Below, in pieces: positions 17,627 through 26,735 of a DNA stretch of 64,000 bases. The position numbers and the translations under genes are program-made. Source of the DNA: a virus. Lineage: Duplodnaviria; Caudoviricetes. Numbering within the stretch: the stretch's first letter is position 1; each line of letters starts with the position of its first letter. The notes below the pieces were generated by a model. The model was not told the DNA's origin. It was given only the letters and a program-made list of their open reading frames with translations, and did no database searches. The stretch is taken from the IMG/VR virus record IMGVR_UViG_3300010149_000008. One strand, written 5' to 3'.

Positions 17627-18538
17627 ATGAATAGATTTGGATATGCATGCATTAATATGAAATTGAGAGAAAAAGGTATTTTTAATTCTAGAACAATGCG
17701 CAAAAAAACATTTCTAACAAAAGGTTTACCTTATGCTTCACAGCTAGTCTTGCAAAATGTAAAAGACCTTTTACCTATATATAACTGGAATTATAAGAAT
17801 AATGTCAAAGTTTTTCGAATGTCTTCTGAAATTACTCCATGGGCTTCTGAATATGAATTGCATGATTTACCCGACTACGAAGAAATTTGTCATTACCTGA
17901 AAATTGCAGGTGATTATACAAAAGTTATTGGTCAACGTGTTTCATTTCACCCCGGACAATTTAACTGTCTAGCTTCAGAAAAAGATTATGTTGTTGATAA
18001 CTGTATTAAAGATTTAGAAATTCACGGCAAGCTGTTTGATCTTATGGGTCTAGACCAAAACCACTGGTCTAAAATTAATATACACTTAGGGTCGACTTGT
18101 GGTGGGGATCTTCAAAAAGCAGCAGACAACTTCAATAAAAACTTTATGCGCTTGTCTGACTCTGTAAAGTCTAGACTTACTGTAGAGAATGATGATAAAC
18201 CTGCTATGTTTAGCACAAAGTTTCTATATGACAATATCTACAAGGTATCTGGTGTGCCTATTGTGTTTGATTCACATCACTTCGAAATTGGCCCGCAAGA
18301 TGTAGACTATGTCTCTAGTTTCCAGATGGCATATGACTCATGGCCAAAAGGTATACGCCCAACTTGTCATCATTCAAACGGCAAAAAAGTGTATGAAGAT
18401 AAAACTATTAGTTCAAAAGCTGCACACTCTAATTACTACTATAAAAAATTTAATAGCTGTGGCAAATCAGTTGACGTCATGTTAGAAGCAAAAGCTAAAG
18501 AAAGAGCTCTTAAGAAATACTTAAAAGATTTTTGTTAA
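17627..18538 (+). CDS. uvsE: UV damage endonuclease UvsE/UVDE
   Basis: RFGYACIN, FRMSSEI, SFHPGQFNCLAS, LTVENDD, PIVFDSHH, DVMLEAKAKE. Confidence 0.93.
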   Translation: MNRFGYACINMKLREKGIFNSRTMRKKTFLTKGLPYASQLVLQNVKDLLPIYNWNYKNNVKVFRMSSEITPWASEYELHDLPDYEEICHYLKIAGDYTKVIGQRVSFHPGQFNCLASEKDYVVDNCIKDLEIHGKLFDLMGLDQNHWSKINIHLGSTCGGDLQKAADNFNKNFMRLSDSVKSRLTVENDDKPAMFSTKFLYDNIYKVSGVPIVFDSHHFEIGPQDVDYVSSFQMAYDSWPKGIRPTCHHSNGKKVYEDKTISSKAAHSNYYYKKFNSCGKSVDVMLEAKAKERALKKYLKDFC

Positions 18539-18598
18539 AATATAATTTATAAATTGTATCTAATTATAATATAATAATACTAACTTAATGAGGATATA

Positions 18599-19669
18599 AT
18601 GAAAATATTAAATAACAAGGCAATAAGTTTTGATGATATTGTTTTAATACCACAACATTCTGACATAAATTCTAGAAGCGAAATTAATACTACCGTAAAA
18701 ATAGCTCATGAAAACAATACTGAGACATCTTTTAAGATACCTATAATTAGCAGTCCAATGTCAACAGTTACAGAAGCACACATGTGTAACGCAATTAGAA
18801 GTCAAGGAGGCTTAGGGATTATTCACAGATACAATACGATTGAATATCAGACTAGACTTTTAAGTTTTGTAAGCGACAATGAAACAAAGGCAGCTGCAAT
18901 TGGAGTTTCTGGTGACTTTAAAGAAAGACTTTCATCTCTAGTGGAAAAAGGATTAAAGATTGTATGTATTGATATTGCTCATGGTGATCACAAATTAATG
19001 GAAAACGCTATCGAATTTGTAAGATCAGAGTATAATGATTTATTTGTGATTGCTGGAAATGTTGCAACTGGTTCAGGATACAAAAGATTAGCTTATGCAG
19101 GAGCTCATGGAATACGAACTTCTGTAGGCAGCGGAAGCATATGTACTACAAGAATTCAAACGGGACATGGCATGCCAACTCTGAGTGCAATTATTGAAAT
19201 TTCCAAAGCAAAAAAAGAGTTAATAACAGAGCTAAATTATACTTCAAAAAGCTTGCCTTTTGTAATAGCTGATGGTGGCATTAAGAATAGCGGTGACATA
19301 GTAAAGTCTCTTGCAGCAGGAGCTGACTTTGTAATGTTAGGATCAATGTTAAGCGGGACAAAAGAAACGCCTGGAAAGATTATTTTAAATAGTGAAGGAA
19401 ATAAAATAAAAAGATACAATGGAATGGCTTCAAAGTTAGCTCAAAAAAACTGGAAAGGATCTTACTCTTCTATAGAAGGTGTAAGCTCTTATGTAAATTA
19501 CAAAGGAACTGTTTCGAAAGTAATAAACGAAATAATGTCAAACGTAAGAAGTGGCATGTCTTATACAGGAGCTAGATCACTAAAAGAGTTAAGAGAAGAA
19601 GCTATTGCTATTATTCAAACTAATTCTTCACATTCAGAAGGTAACCCACATATTTTTAATAGAAGGTAA
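18599..19669 (+). CDS. IMP dehydrogenase / GMP reductase family protein (no CBS domains)
   Basis: SFDDIVLIP, SSPMSTVTE, DIAHG, GSGSICTTR, ADGGIK, GADFVMLGSML. Confidence 0.9.
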   Translation: MKILNNKAISFDDIVLIPQHSDINSRSEINTTVKIAHENNTETSFKIPIISSPMSTVTEAHMCNAIRSQGGLGIIHRYNTIEYQTRLLSFVSDNETKAAAIGVSGDFKERLSSLVEKGLKIVCIDIAHGDHKLMENAIEFVRSEYNDLFVIAGNVATGSGYKRLAYAGAHGIRTSVGSGSICTTRIQTGHGMPTLSAIIEISKAKKELITELNYTSKSLPFVIADGGIKNSGDIVKSLAAGADFVMLGSMLSGTKETPGKIILNSEGNKIKRYNGMASKLAQKNWKGSYSSIEGVSSYVNYKGTVSKVINEIMSNVRSGMSYTGARSLKELREEAIAIIQTNSSHSEGNPHIFNRR

Positions 19670-19672
19670 AAC

Positions 19673-20872
19673 ATGCCAACAAAAATAGTTTTAGGTCTTC
19701 AACATGGAGACGAAGGTAAAGGAAGAGTTGTAGATGACTTAGTTCAGACTTGGGCTGACGTAGTTGTAAGGTTTCAAGGAGGAGGAAATGCAGGTCATAC
19801 AGTTTATGATAAAGAAGGAAATAAGTTTGTAACACATATTTTACCGGTAGGCGTTTTAAATAAAAGTAAATTTAATTTCATAGCTAAAGGTTGTGTAATC
19901 AACATTATCGATTTATTTAAAGAAATAAAAGAATTAAACGTATTGCCTGAAAATCTATTAATTTCAGGCAACTGTCCTTTAATAGAACCTACTCATTTAA
20001 TCAAAGATAAGATTAAGTATCAAGGCAAGTTAGGTACTACAGGAAGAGGAATTGGCCCAGCTTACTCTGAGTTTTATGCAAGAGATTCTATACTTTTTAA
20101 AGATTTTATTAAAAGTCCAAAAGAAGTAGCTATTAAAATACAAGACAAATTTTTTGACTATCAAACATTTTTAGCTGAATTAGGTATTGAAGGAAATTCT
20201 GATGTAATAGAAGAAAACTTTAGATTATTTAATAAATGGTTTAATGAATATAACAAAGCACATAAATTATTAGAAGCTTACCTTTGTAGCAACGAAAATA
20301 TTATACAAGAAATATACAGTAGAAATTCTAATATTCTTTTAGAAGGAGCTCAAGGAAGTGGTCTAAGTATATATTCAAACAACTACCCAGATGTTACATC
20401 TTCATCACCTTCAGTCGGTGAAGCTTTAAACTCTACTGGTCTTAATCATAAACAAATTGACGAAGTAATCGGCGTAATAAAGTCTTATAAAACAAAAGTA
20501 GGAAGTGGATCTTTTCCTAGCAGATGTGATCCTGTTTCTGAAGATGTTTTGTCAAAAATTGGTAAAGAATTTGGAGCAACAACCGGTCGACCTAGAAAGT
20601 GCGGCTGGCTAGATCTAGATGAAGTTATAGATGCAGTCAACATAAACGGTGTAGATCATATATGTGTTATAAAATCAGATGTTTTTTGCAACATAAAAGA
20701 ACCTTACGTTTACCATGAAAAAGAGCTTAAATCTATATCTAAAATAAACTCTGTTTCTCTTGAAGACAGCGCTTTTGTAGATTTATTAAATATTATTAAA
20801 ACAAAAACAGGCGTCAACAAAGTGTCATTTACAACAGGACCAAAAAGAGGAGAAATAGTTTGGAATGTTTAA
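19673..20872 (+). CDS. purA: Adenylosuccinate synthetase
   Basis: GDEGKG, RFQGGGNAGHT, GTTGRGIGPAY, EGAQG, GATTGRPRKCGWLD. Confidence 0.93.
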   Translation: MPTKIVLGLQHGDEGKGRVVDDLVQTWADVVVRFQGGGNAGHTVYDKEGNKFVTHILPVGVLNKSKFNFIAKGCVINIIDLFKEIKELNVLPENLLISGNCPLIEPTHLIKDKIKYQGKLGTTGRGIGPAYSEFYARDSILFKDFIKSPKEVAIKIQDKFFDYQTFLAELGIEGNSDVIEENFRLFNKWFNEYNKAHKLLEAYLCSNENIIQEIYSRNSNILLEGAQGSGLSIYSNNYPDVTSSSPSVGEALNSTGLNHKQIDEVIGVIKSYKTKVGSGSFPSRCDPVSEDVLSKIGKEFGATTGRPRKCGWLDLDEVIDAVNINGVDHICVIKSDVFCNIKEPYVYHEKELKSISKINSVSLEDSAFVDLLNIIKTKTGVNKVSFTTGPKRGEIVWNV

Positions 20873-21092
20873 TTTTAAAAAAGGAGACTTAATACAGTTT
20901 AAAATTTCTAAAGAACTCTGTATTATAATTGACGATTTTGATCAAGAAAAATTTGAAGCTTTAAATACAACTGTAGTTTCTAATATGTCTAGAAAAATAT
21001 TAACGTTTACAGAAAGAGGTCCTGAAATTAATTTTACACCAAACTTTAATATAGCTTTAATTAAAAGTGAAAAGGAAGAAAATGATACCTAG
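20865..21092 (+). CDS. Hypothetical protein
   Basis: Overlap-coupled between purA and purB. Confidence 0.65.
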   Translation: MFNFKKGDLIQFKISKELCIIIDDFDQEKFEALNTTVVSNMSRKILTFTERGPEINFTPNFNIALIKSEKEENDT

Positions 21093-22233
21093 ATATAAAG
21101 TACAAGAAATTCATGATATATGGAAAACAGATAATAAGCTAAAAACATGGCTAGCTGTAGAAATTGCTCATTTAGAATCATTAGCTAATAGCATTACTGA
21201 TAAGACTATTAGTAATGAAAGCTTTGAAATTATTAAAGAAAACGCAAAGATTGATATTGATAGATGGAAAGAAATAGAAAAAGAAACTAGACACGATCTT
21301 CAAGCTTTTGTGCAAATGCTTGAAGAAAGTATACCTAAAAACGAAGGAAGATGGATTCATTACGGACTAACGTCTTCTGACATTTTAGATACTTCTCTTT
21401 CAATAATGTCAAAGAAAAGTCTGAACGTGATCATAAATTATACTGCAAAAGTTTTATATACACTTAACAAACTTTTAAAATCAGACGTTTATAAAAAAAA
21501 TATCTTAGCAAGAACTCATGGAAAATCTGCAGAAATACAAACGTACTATGATGTTTTTTATAGATGGATTAGCTTTGTAAGAAAAGGCCATGATTCACTA
21601 GTTGAAGCAAAAAACAAGATAAGCGTTGGAAAATTAAGTGGTGCAACAGGAAATTATAAATTTAACACTAAACAATGTGAATATAATGCATTAGATTCTT
21701 TAGGACTTAAACCAGTTGTATCTTCTCAGATTATATCGAGGCAGTATTATCTAGACTATTTTTATGGAATATTGCAAGTTATTTTAGCTGTAGAAAAAAT
21801 TGCATATGACATCAGGATTTACAGTTTAGATGGCATTAATGAAATGTCTGAACCCTTTAGAAAAGGACAAAAAGGTTCAAGCGCAATGCCACACAAGAAA
21901 AACCCTATATTAACAGAAAATATATGCGGATTGACACGTTTATACAAAGCTTATTTTTCAACAGCTGTTGAAAATTGTACGACTTTGTTAGAGAGAGATA
22001 TCTCTCACTCTTCTTCAGAAAGAATTATTTTCAAAGACTCAGCACATATTGCATGCTTTACATTAGATAGGCTAGACAAAGTATTAAAAGGCTTAAACAT
22101 AGATACAGTTAACGCAAAAAATAATTGCAAAAAAATGGAATCTGCTACAAACTCACAAAAATCAATGAACGATTTAATAGAACAAGGTTATAGCAGAAAA
22201 GAAGCACATGATATTACACAGTCAAACATATAA
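21082..22233 (+). CDS. purB: Adenylosuccinate lyase (short C-terminus)
   Basis: TRHDL, IHYGLTSSDILDT, RTHG, GSSAMPHKKNP. Confidence 0.93.
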   Translation: MIPRYKVQEIHDIWKTDNKLKTWLAVEIAHLESLANSITDKTISNESFEIIKENAKIDIDRWKEIEKETRHDLQAFVQMLEESIPKNEGRWIHYGLTSSDILDTSLSIMSKKSLNVIINYTAKVLYTLNKLLKSDVYKKNILARTHGKSAEIQTYYDVFYRWISFVRKGHDSLVEAKNKISVGKLSGATGNYKFNTKQCEYNALDSLGLKPVVSSQIISRQYYLDYFYGILQVILAVEKIAYDIRIYSLDGINEMSEPFRKGQKGSSAMPHKKNPILTENICGLTRLYKAYFSTAVENCTTLLERDISHSSSERIIFKDSAHIACFTLDRLDKVLKGLNIDTVNAKNNCKKMESATNSQKSMNDLIEQGYSRKEAHDITQSNI

Positions 22234-22266
22234 TTATATAATATAAAAACTATAGAAAGTAATAAA

Positions 22267-22707
22267 ATGAAAAGATTTAGTGAAAGAAGCATTGCAAGAA
22301 ATTTTCTAAATGAGATAGCTGATTCTAAAATATCATTAGGTACAGCATTCATTTCTGACGACGATACTGTTAAAGGCCAATCACATTCAGAGCTCGATCC
22401 AGACAACGACGGATATATAACACATGAGGATTTGTTTGGTCATTTCGATGTTGATAACGATGGTTTCGTTACAACAGATGAGTATGTCGACCATATTCAA
22501 TACCATGCTGATAATCCTGAGACACTTGATCATTACAGAGACGATGTACCTTGCAATACTTCTTATAACACATGTAGAACACATTATGACAATGATGATG
22601 AAGTCTTAAGGCGTTGTATTTCAAATACAGGTGCAACGTGTATGCAATCAGGAATTCAAGCTCTCATCGATGTGTTAACTGCAATGAAAAAATCAGGTAT
22701 GATTTAA
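22267..22707 (+). CDS. EF-hand calcium-binding protein
   Basis: DPDNDGYITHED and DVDNDGFVTTDE loops. Confidence 0.8.
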   Translation: MKRFSERSIARNFLNEIADSKISLGTAFISDDDTVKGQSHSELDPDNDGYITHEDLFGHFDVDNDGFVTTDEYVDHIQYHADNPETLDHYRDDVPCNTSYNTCRTHYDNDDEVLRRCISNTGATCMQSGIQALIDVLTAMKKSGMI

Positions 22708-22727
22708 TTTTAAGGAGAAATCAATAC

Positions 22728-22925
22728 ATGTTTAAAATAGGACAAAAAGTTTCGCATTTTATGACGACGCATAAGGTTGGAACTATAGTTAACATTGAAT
22801 ATACTAGAAATAATTTTATGACAACAGGTGGTACAACACAACATAAAGTTTATATAGTTGTAAAATATACAGAAGAAGACATTCAAAAATATGATTCAGG
22901 AGACTTAATAAAGATATATGATTAA
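22728..22925 (+). CDS. Hypothetical protein
   Basis: AGGAG RBS before MFKIGQKV. Confidence 0.7.
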   Translation: MFKIGQKVSHFMTTHKVGTIVNIEYTRNNFMTTGGTTQHKVYIVVKYTEEDIQKYDSGDLIKIYD

Positions 22926-23469
22926 AGAAATGTTTATTTGCTTGGCGCTGTTTGACATGAATGGTGTTGTTAATGAAAAAAATATTTGTGAAAACATAGA
23001 AACACTTTCACATATCTCTAAAGAATACAACATTGATACATATACATACGTCTCAATGTTATGGATTGAAAGTAATTTTAACAAAGAAATTGTAAGTTAC
23101 ACAGGTAAAGCTTGCGGTATATCACAAGTTGTACCAAAGTGGACAAGACCTAAAAAGTCATGCAAAGATTTAAATTCAGATATAAAATCAGCTATGATTC
23201 AAGGAGCAAGAATATTTAAAGGCTTTAAAAGATATGGTGGTAAAAGTTTAGACATTAGTTTATGTGGATATAACCAAGGATATCGATGCAAAGGTGAAAA
23301 AGAAGTCAAAAAAGGCGGTTATGACTACAGAAAAGAAGGTCTAATATACGCAAAAAAAGTTAAGTCATTTAGAAAAAAGTTGAAGTATAATGTTAGGAAG
23401 CAAAAGAGAAAAGTAAATTTATACAAAAAGAAATTAGAGCGTGCATTAAGATTATTTTATAGACTATAA
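22918..23469 (+). CDS. Lytic transglycosylase (SLT domain)
   Basis: WIESNF, GISQV, GYNQG. Confidence 0.8.
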   Translation: MIKEMFICLALFDMNGVVNEKNICENIETLSHISKEYNIDTYTYVSMLWIESNFNKEIVSYTGKACGISQVVPKWTRPKKSCKDLNSDIKSAMIQGARIFKGFKRYGGKSLDISLCGYNQGYRCKGEKEVKKGGYDYRKEGLIYAKKVKSFRKKLKYNVRKQKRKVNLYKKKLERALRLFYRL

Positions 23470-23491
23470 TACTTTAAAAAAGGAGTGTTTA

Positions 23492-23962
23492 ATGTCAAAA
23501 TTATTATATGAACCCGGTTTTTATCACTTAACTTCACATCTAAACTTATACTATGATATAGATGTAATTCTAAAACAGTTTGAAGAAGATGCATATTATC
23601 CTAACTTAAACAAGATTTACATAGACAGAAATAATCATTGGAGAGATCGTCTTATTGCTTTAATACACGAAGCAGGTCATGTATTAATCGATTTTAACAA
23701 CCTCCAGACTAAAAGTATGAAAGCAAATTTATCAACATATGAAGAGCATATTAGATCTAAGAGACAGTTAGTTTCACTTTTAAATGAAGAGATTTCTGCT
23801 TGGAATGTTGGAAAAAAGCTAGCTATTGATTTAAATATTAAATTTGATCATGCTAGAATGGATGAAGTATCTACAAATTGCATTATGTCTTATGTTAAAA
23901 AAGGTTTGTTAAATGTATACGGTTCGACAATTGATATATCATGTATTGACAGTAGGACATAG
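23492..23962 (+). CDS. HExxH metallopeptidase-like protein
   Basis: LIHEAGHVL ... EEISAW. Confidence 0.65.
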   Translation: MSKLLYEPGFYHLTSHLNLYYDIDVILKQFEEDAYYPNLNKIYIDRNNHWRDRLIALIHEAGHVLIDFNNLQTKSMKANLSTYEEHIRSKRQLVSLLNEEISAWNVGKKLAIDLNIKFDHARMDEVSTNCIMSYVKKGLLNVYGSTIDISCIDSRT

Positions 23963-23980
23963 AAAGTTAGATCTTTTTGC

Positions 23981-24009
23981 GTGTACACTTTGTAAATATT
24001 GTTTATAAT
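23981..24009 (+). promoter_or_regulatory. Promoter (GTGTAC-N17-TATAAT)
   Basis: Recurrent motif, followed by AGGAG and ATG. Confidence 0.75.
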
Positions 24010-24031
24010 AATAATATAAGGAGAATATATA

Positions 24032-24340
24032 ATGTCCTACTCAAAAAAAGACTTAAAAGATATAAAAAACAAATTAAAAAAAGAAAATCCTAGCTTTTTT
24101 AATAATTCTTCTATAAAAAAACAAAAAAAATCAATAGTAAAAAGTCAACCTAGTAGAAAAAAAATAGTAAAGTGGAATTATAAAGTAAATGATGTTGTTA
24201 CATGTATACATTCACAAAGAATAGGTCTGATTGTATCAGACAATACGTATTTTGGCCGTAAACTAGAAAAAAACTATTATTTTGTATTGTTTGGATGTAG
24301 AGTACAGAAATATGATGGTTCTTATTTAAGGGCTTTATAG
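24032..24340 (+). CDS. Hypothetical protein
   Basis: Promoter and RBS upstream. Confidence 0.75.
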   Translation: MSYSKKDLKDIKNKLKKENPSFFNNSSIKKQKKSIVKSQPSRKKIVKWNYKVNDVVTCIHSQRIGLIVSDNTYFGRKLEKNYYFVLFGCRVQKYDGSYLRAL

Positions 24341-24343
24341 TGC

Positions 24344-24373
24344 GTGCAAATATTGTTTTACTTGTATTATAAT
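24344..24373 (+). promoter_or_regulatory. Promoter (GTGCAA-N18-TATAAT)
   Basis: Recurrent motif. Confidence 0.75.
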
Positions 24374-24421
24374 TAACAAAAAACATTTAAACATTTAAAC
24401 ATTTAAGGAAAATACAAAAAT

Positions 24422-25171
24422 ATGAAGCTTAACGTTAAAAACGACAAAATTGTTTTTGGAACAAACATACTTGACATTAACATACCAAACAAATTACGAG
24501 AAAGAAACAAGTGTGGCGTAGATTATATTGATGATGCTTTTGGAGGAGAAGGATTTACACCTTCTACTATTTCTTTGTTTACTGGTGAGCCAGGAGCAGG
24601 AAAAACAACTCTAATGTTGTCGCTAGCTGATTCTTTAACTAGCCAAGGTTACGTTTGTCTTTTTAATACAGCTGAAGAAAGCTTGTACCAAATTAAGCTC
24701 ACATGCGAAAGGCTTGATCTAAGGAACGGATTTGTTGCAGGGCAAGAAAGCTACGTTCCAAGGCTTATTAAACAATGTGACTCTTTAAGACATAAGTACA
24801 AAGGAAAACCTTTCTTTCTTATTGTAGACTCTTTGCAAACTCTTAATGACGGAAAATACGGAGAAGAGCACACTAACACACAATCAGCTGTTAGATCTTT
24901 ACAGATTCTAACTGACTATGCTAAAGAACATTACATAAATGTTATTTGCATTGGGCAGGTAAATAAAAGCGGAAACATGGCAGGTAGTCAAAAGCTTAAG
25001 CACATGGTTGATGCTATGCTTCATCTTTCTATTGAAAGAAAAGACGAAGATTTCAAGGGCTTACGAGTTCTAGAAACTGTAAAGAATAGATTTGGTGGAG
25101 CAGGATGGACTTTCTTTTTAGACTTGAAAAATAACGGCTTTAATGAAGTTGCTAGAATTGGAGTGAGATAA
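24422..25171 (+). CDS. RadA/Sms-like RecA-family ATPase (no Zn finger or Lon domain)
   Basis: GEPGAGKT, AEES, VDSLQT, HMVDA, KNRFG. Confidence 0.85.
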   Translation: MKLNVKNDKIVFGTNILDINIPNKLRERNKCGVDYIDDAFGGEGFTPSTISLFTGEPGAGKTTLMLSLADSLTSQGYVCLFNTAEESLYQIKLTCERLDLRNGFVAGQESYVPRLIKQCDSLRHKYKGKPFFLIVDSLQTLNDGKYGEEHTNTQSAVRSLQILTDYAKEHYINVICIGQVNKSGNMAGSQKLKHMVDAMLHLSIERKDEDFKGLRVLETVKNRFGGAGWTFFLDLKNNGFNEVARIGVR

Positions 25172-25172
25172 C

Positions 25173-25505
25173 TTGTTTGTAGCTTTAATATGCTATCTGC
25201 TAGGATCAGCAGGTGTTTTCTTTCAACATAACTTACAATTCATAGATGATTGGTGGAAAGATAAAACTGTATTAAATGTTTTTTTATTTTCAATACCTAT
25301 AGGCTTCTTATATTTGAAGTCTTGGACTTATTTTGTACAACAGCTAGGATCTGTATGGTCTGCAAGATTTTTGTTTTTTGGTTTTTCTTATCTTGTTTTC
25401 CCTTTGTTAGCTTACATATTTTTAAACGAAACACCCTGGTCACTAAAAACTGTTCTTTGCACACTTCTTAGTATAGTAATAATATTAATCCAATATAAGC
25501 TATAA
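25173..25505 (+). CDS. Small multi-pass membrane protein
   Basis: Four hydrophobic segments; TTG start. Confidence 0.7.
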   Translation: MFVALICYLLGSAGVFFQHNLQFIDDWWKDKTVLNVFLFSIPIGFLYLKSWTYFVQQLGSVWSARFLFFGFSYLVFPLLAYIFLNETPWSLKTVLCTLLSIVIILIQYKL

Positions 25506-25507
25506 GC

Positions 25508-25537
25508 GTGCAAAATAGATCTATATTAAATTATAAT
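25508..25537 (+). promoter_or_regulatory. Promoter (GTGCAA-N18-TATAAT)
   Basis: Recurrent motif. Confidence 0.75.
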
Positions 25538-25568
25538 AATCAAAACAACATATAATAAGGACTTTAAA

Positions 25569-26663
25569 TTGAACATTGATACTTTTATTAATATTGCTAA
25601 AGATCTTCCTCCACATATTGCTGTTCTTATAAGAGGTGGAACAGGAATTGGCAAGTCTGCTATTACAGGACAGATTTCAAAAAGCTTGAAAAAACCTCTT
25701 CCACTTATCGATGTACGTGGTTCTACAATGTCTGAAGGTGATACTGGAGGTTACCCAGATATTGAGGGTATGAAGAAAAACGGAGTTATGACTTTTTGCA
25801 TGCCCGCTTGGTTCATTAGGGCTTGCAACGAGCCTGTTGTTTTATTTTTAGACGAACTTAATAGATCTTTACCCGCAGTCCAACAATCCTTCTTTCAGAT
25901 TGTTTTAGATAGACAGTTAGGAAATGATGAAAACGGCAATCCATATAATTTACACCCAGAGACTCGCGTCTTTGCAGCTGTAAACCACGGATCAGAATAT
26001 GATGTAAACGAAATGGATCCTGCTTTATTAAGACGATTTTGGACTGTTGACCTTAAGCCCGATATTGATAGCTGGATTTCTTGGGCAACAAAAAACAATA
26101 TTGACAATATGATTATTGAGTTTCTAAAAACTAGATCAATAAATTTTGCTCCTGATGCTAGTTCCATTGAGCCAGGAAACGTATTTCCTACTCCAGCTTC
26201 TTGGACTAGGTTAGATGAAGCTATAAAGTTTATGGCAATTGACTTAGAAAAAGAAGGAAAGCTAGATAAACCTCTGATATATAACATTGCTTCAGGTTTC
26301 GTTGGCACACCCGTAGCAATTGAGTTTTCTGACTACGTAGAAAAATACGAGGCTAATGTAACTCCTCAAGATATTTTAGACAGATATGATGATCTAACTA
26401 ATAAAATTAATAGATTAAGTAATGATAGACTCAATCTGCTAATTGAACGTCTAGGTGAACATGGAAGACAAAATAACTGGACTGTAACACAAGCAGAAAA
26501 TGCAGCAAAGTTTGGAAAAAGTATATCAGAAGAAATGCTTATTCATATGTGGAGCAAAATTTCTGAAACTAAAAACATTAAAACAATTCAAAACTTTCAC
26601 AAATTTATTGGCCAATACTTAGTGAAAGTTGTTAACTCAAACAAAGATTTACTAAGTAATTAA
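25569..26663 (+). CDS. MoxR-like AAA+ ATPase
   Basis: GGTGIGKS, LFLDELNR, AAVN, MDPALLRRF, PTPASW. Confidence 0.88.
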   Translation: MNIDTFINIAKDLPPHIAVLIRGGTGIGKSAITGQISKSLKKPLPLIDVRGSTMSEGDTGGYPDIEGMKKNGVMTFCMPAWFIRACNEPVVLFLDELNRSLPAVQQSFFQIVLDRQLGNDENGNPYNLHPETRVFAAVNHGSEYDVNEMDPALLRRFWTVDLKPDIDSWISWATKNNIDNMIIEFLKTRSINFAPDASSIEPGNVFPTPASWTRLDEAIKFMAIDLEKEGKLDKPLIYNIASGFVGTPVAIEFSDYVEKYEANVTPQDILDRYDDLTNKINRLSNDRLNLLIERLGEHGRQNNWTVTQAENAAKFGKSISEEMLIHMWSKISETKNIKTIQNFHKFIGQYLVKVVNSNKDLLSN

Positions 26664-26688
26664 TAATAAAGTTTATAGTTTTGTATGC

Positions 26689-26718
26689 GTGCAAATGACT
26701 ATAAAATTAGTGTATAAT
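26689..26718 (+). promoter_or_regulatory. Promoter (GTGCAA-N18-TATAAT)
   Basis: Recurrent motif, followed by AGGAGG RBS. Confidence 0.75.
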
Positions 26719-26735
26719 ATCATTAAGGAGGATAA

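Noticed and set aside
19673-20872. PurZ / 2-aminoadenine (Z-genome) pathway
   Set aside because: The motif is GDEGKG with the catalytic Asp of PurA, not the GSTGKG of PurZ; no dATPase/MazZ partner was seen.
24382-24406. AACATTTA x3 microrepeat upstream of the RadA-like gene as an operator
   Set aside because: Short AT-rich tandem in an AT-rich genome, not seen elsewhere.
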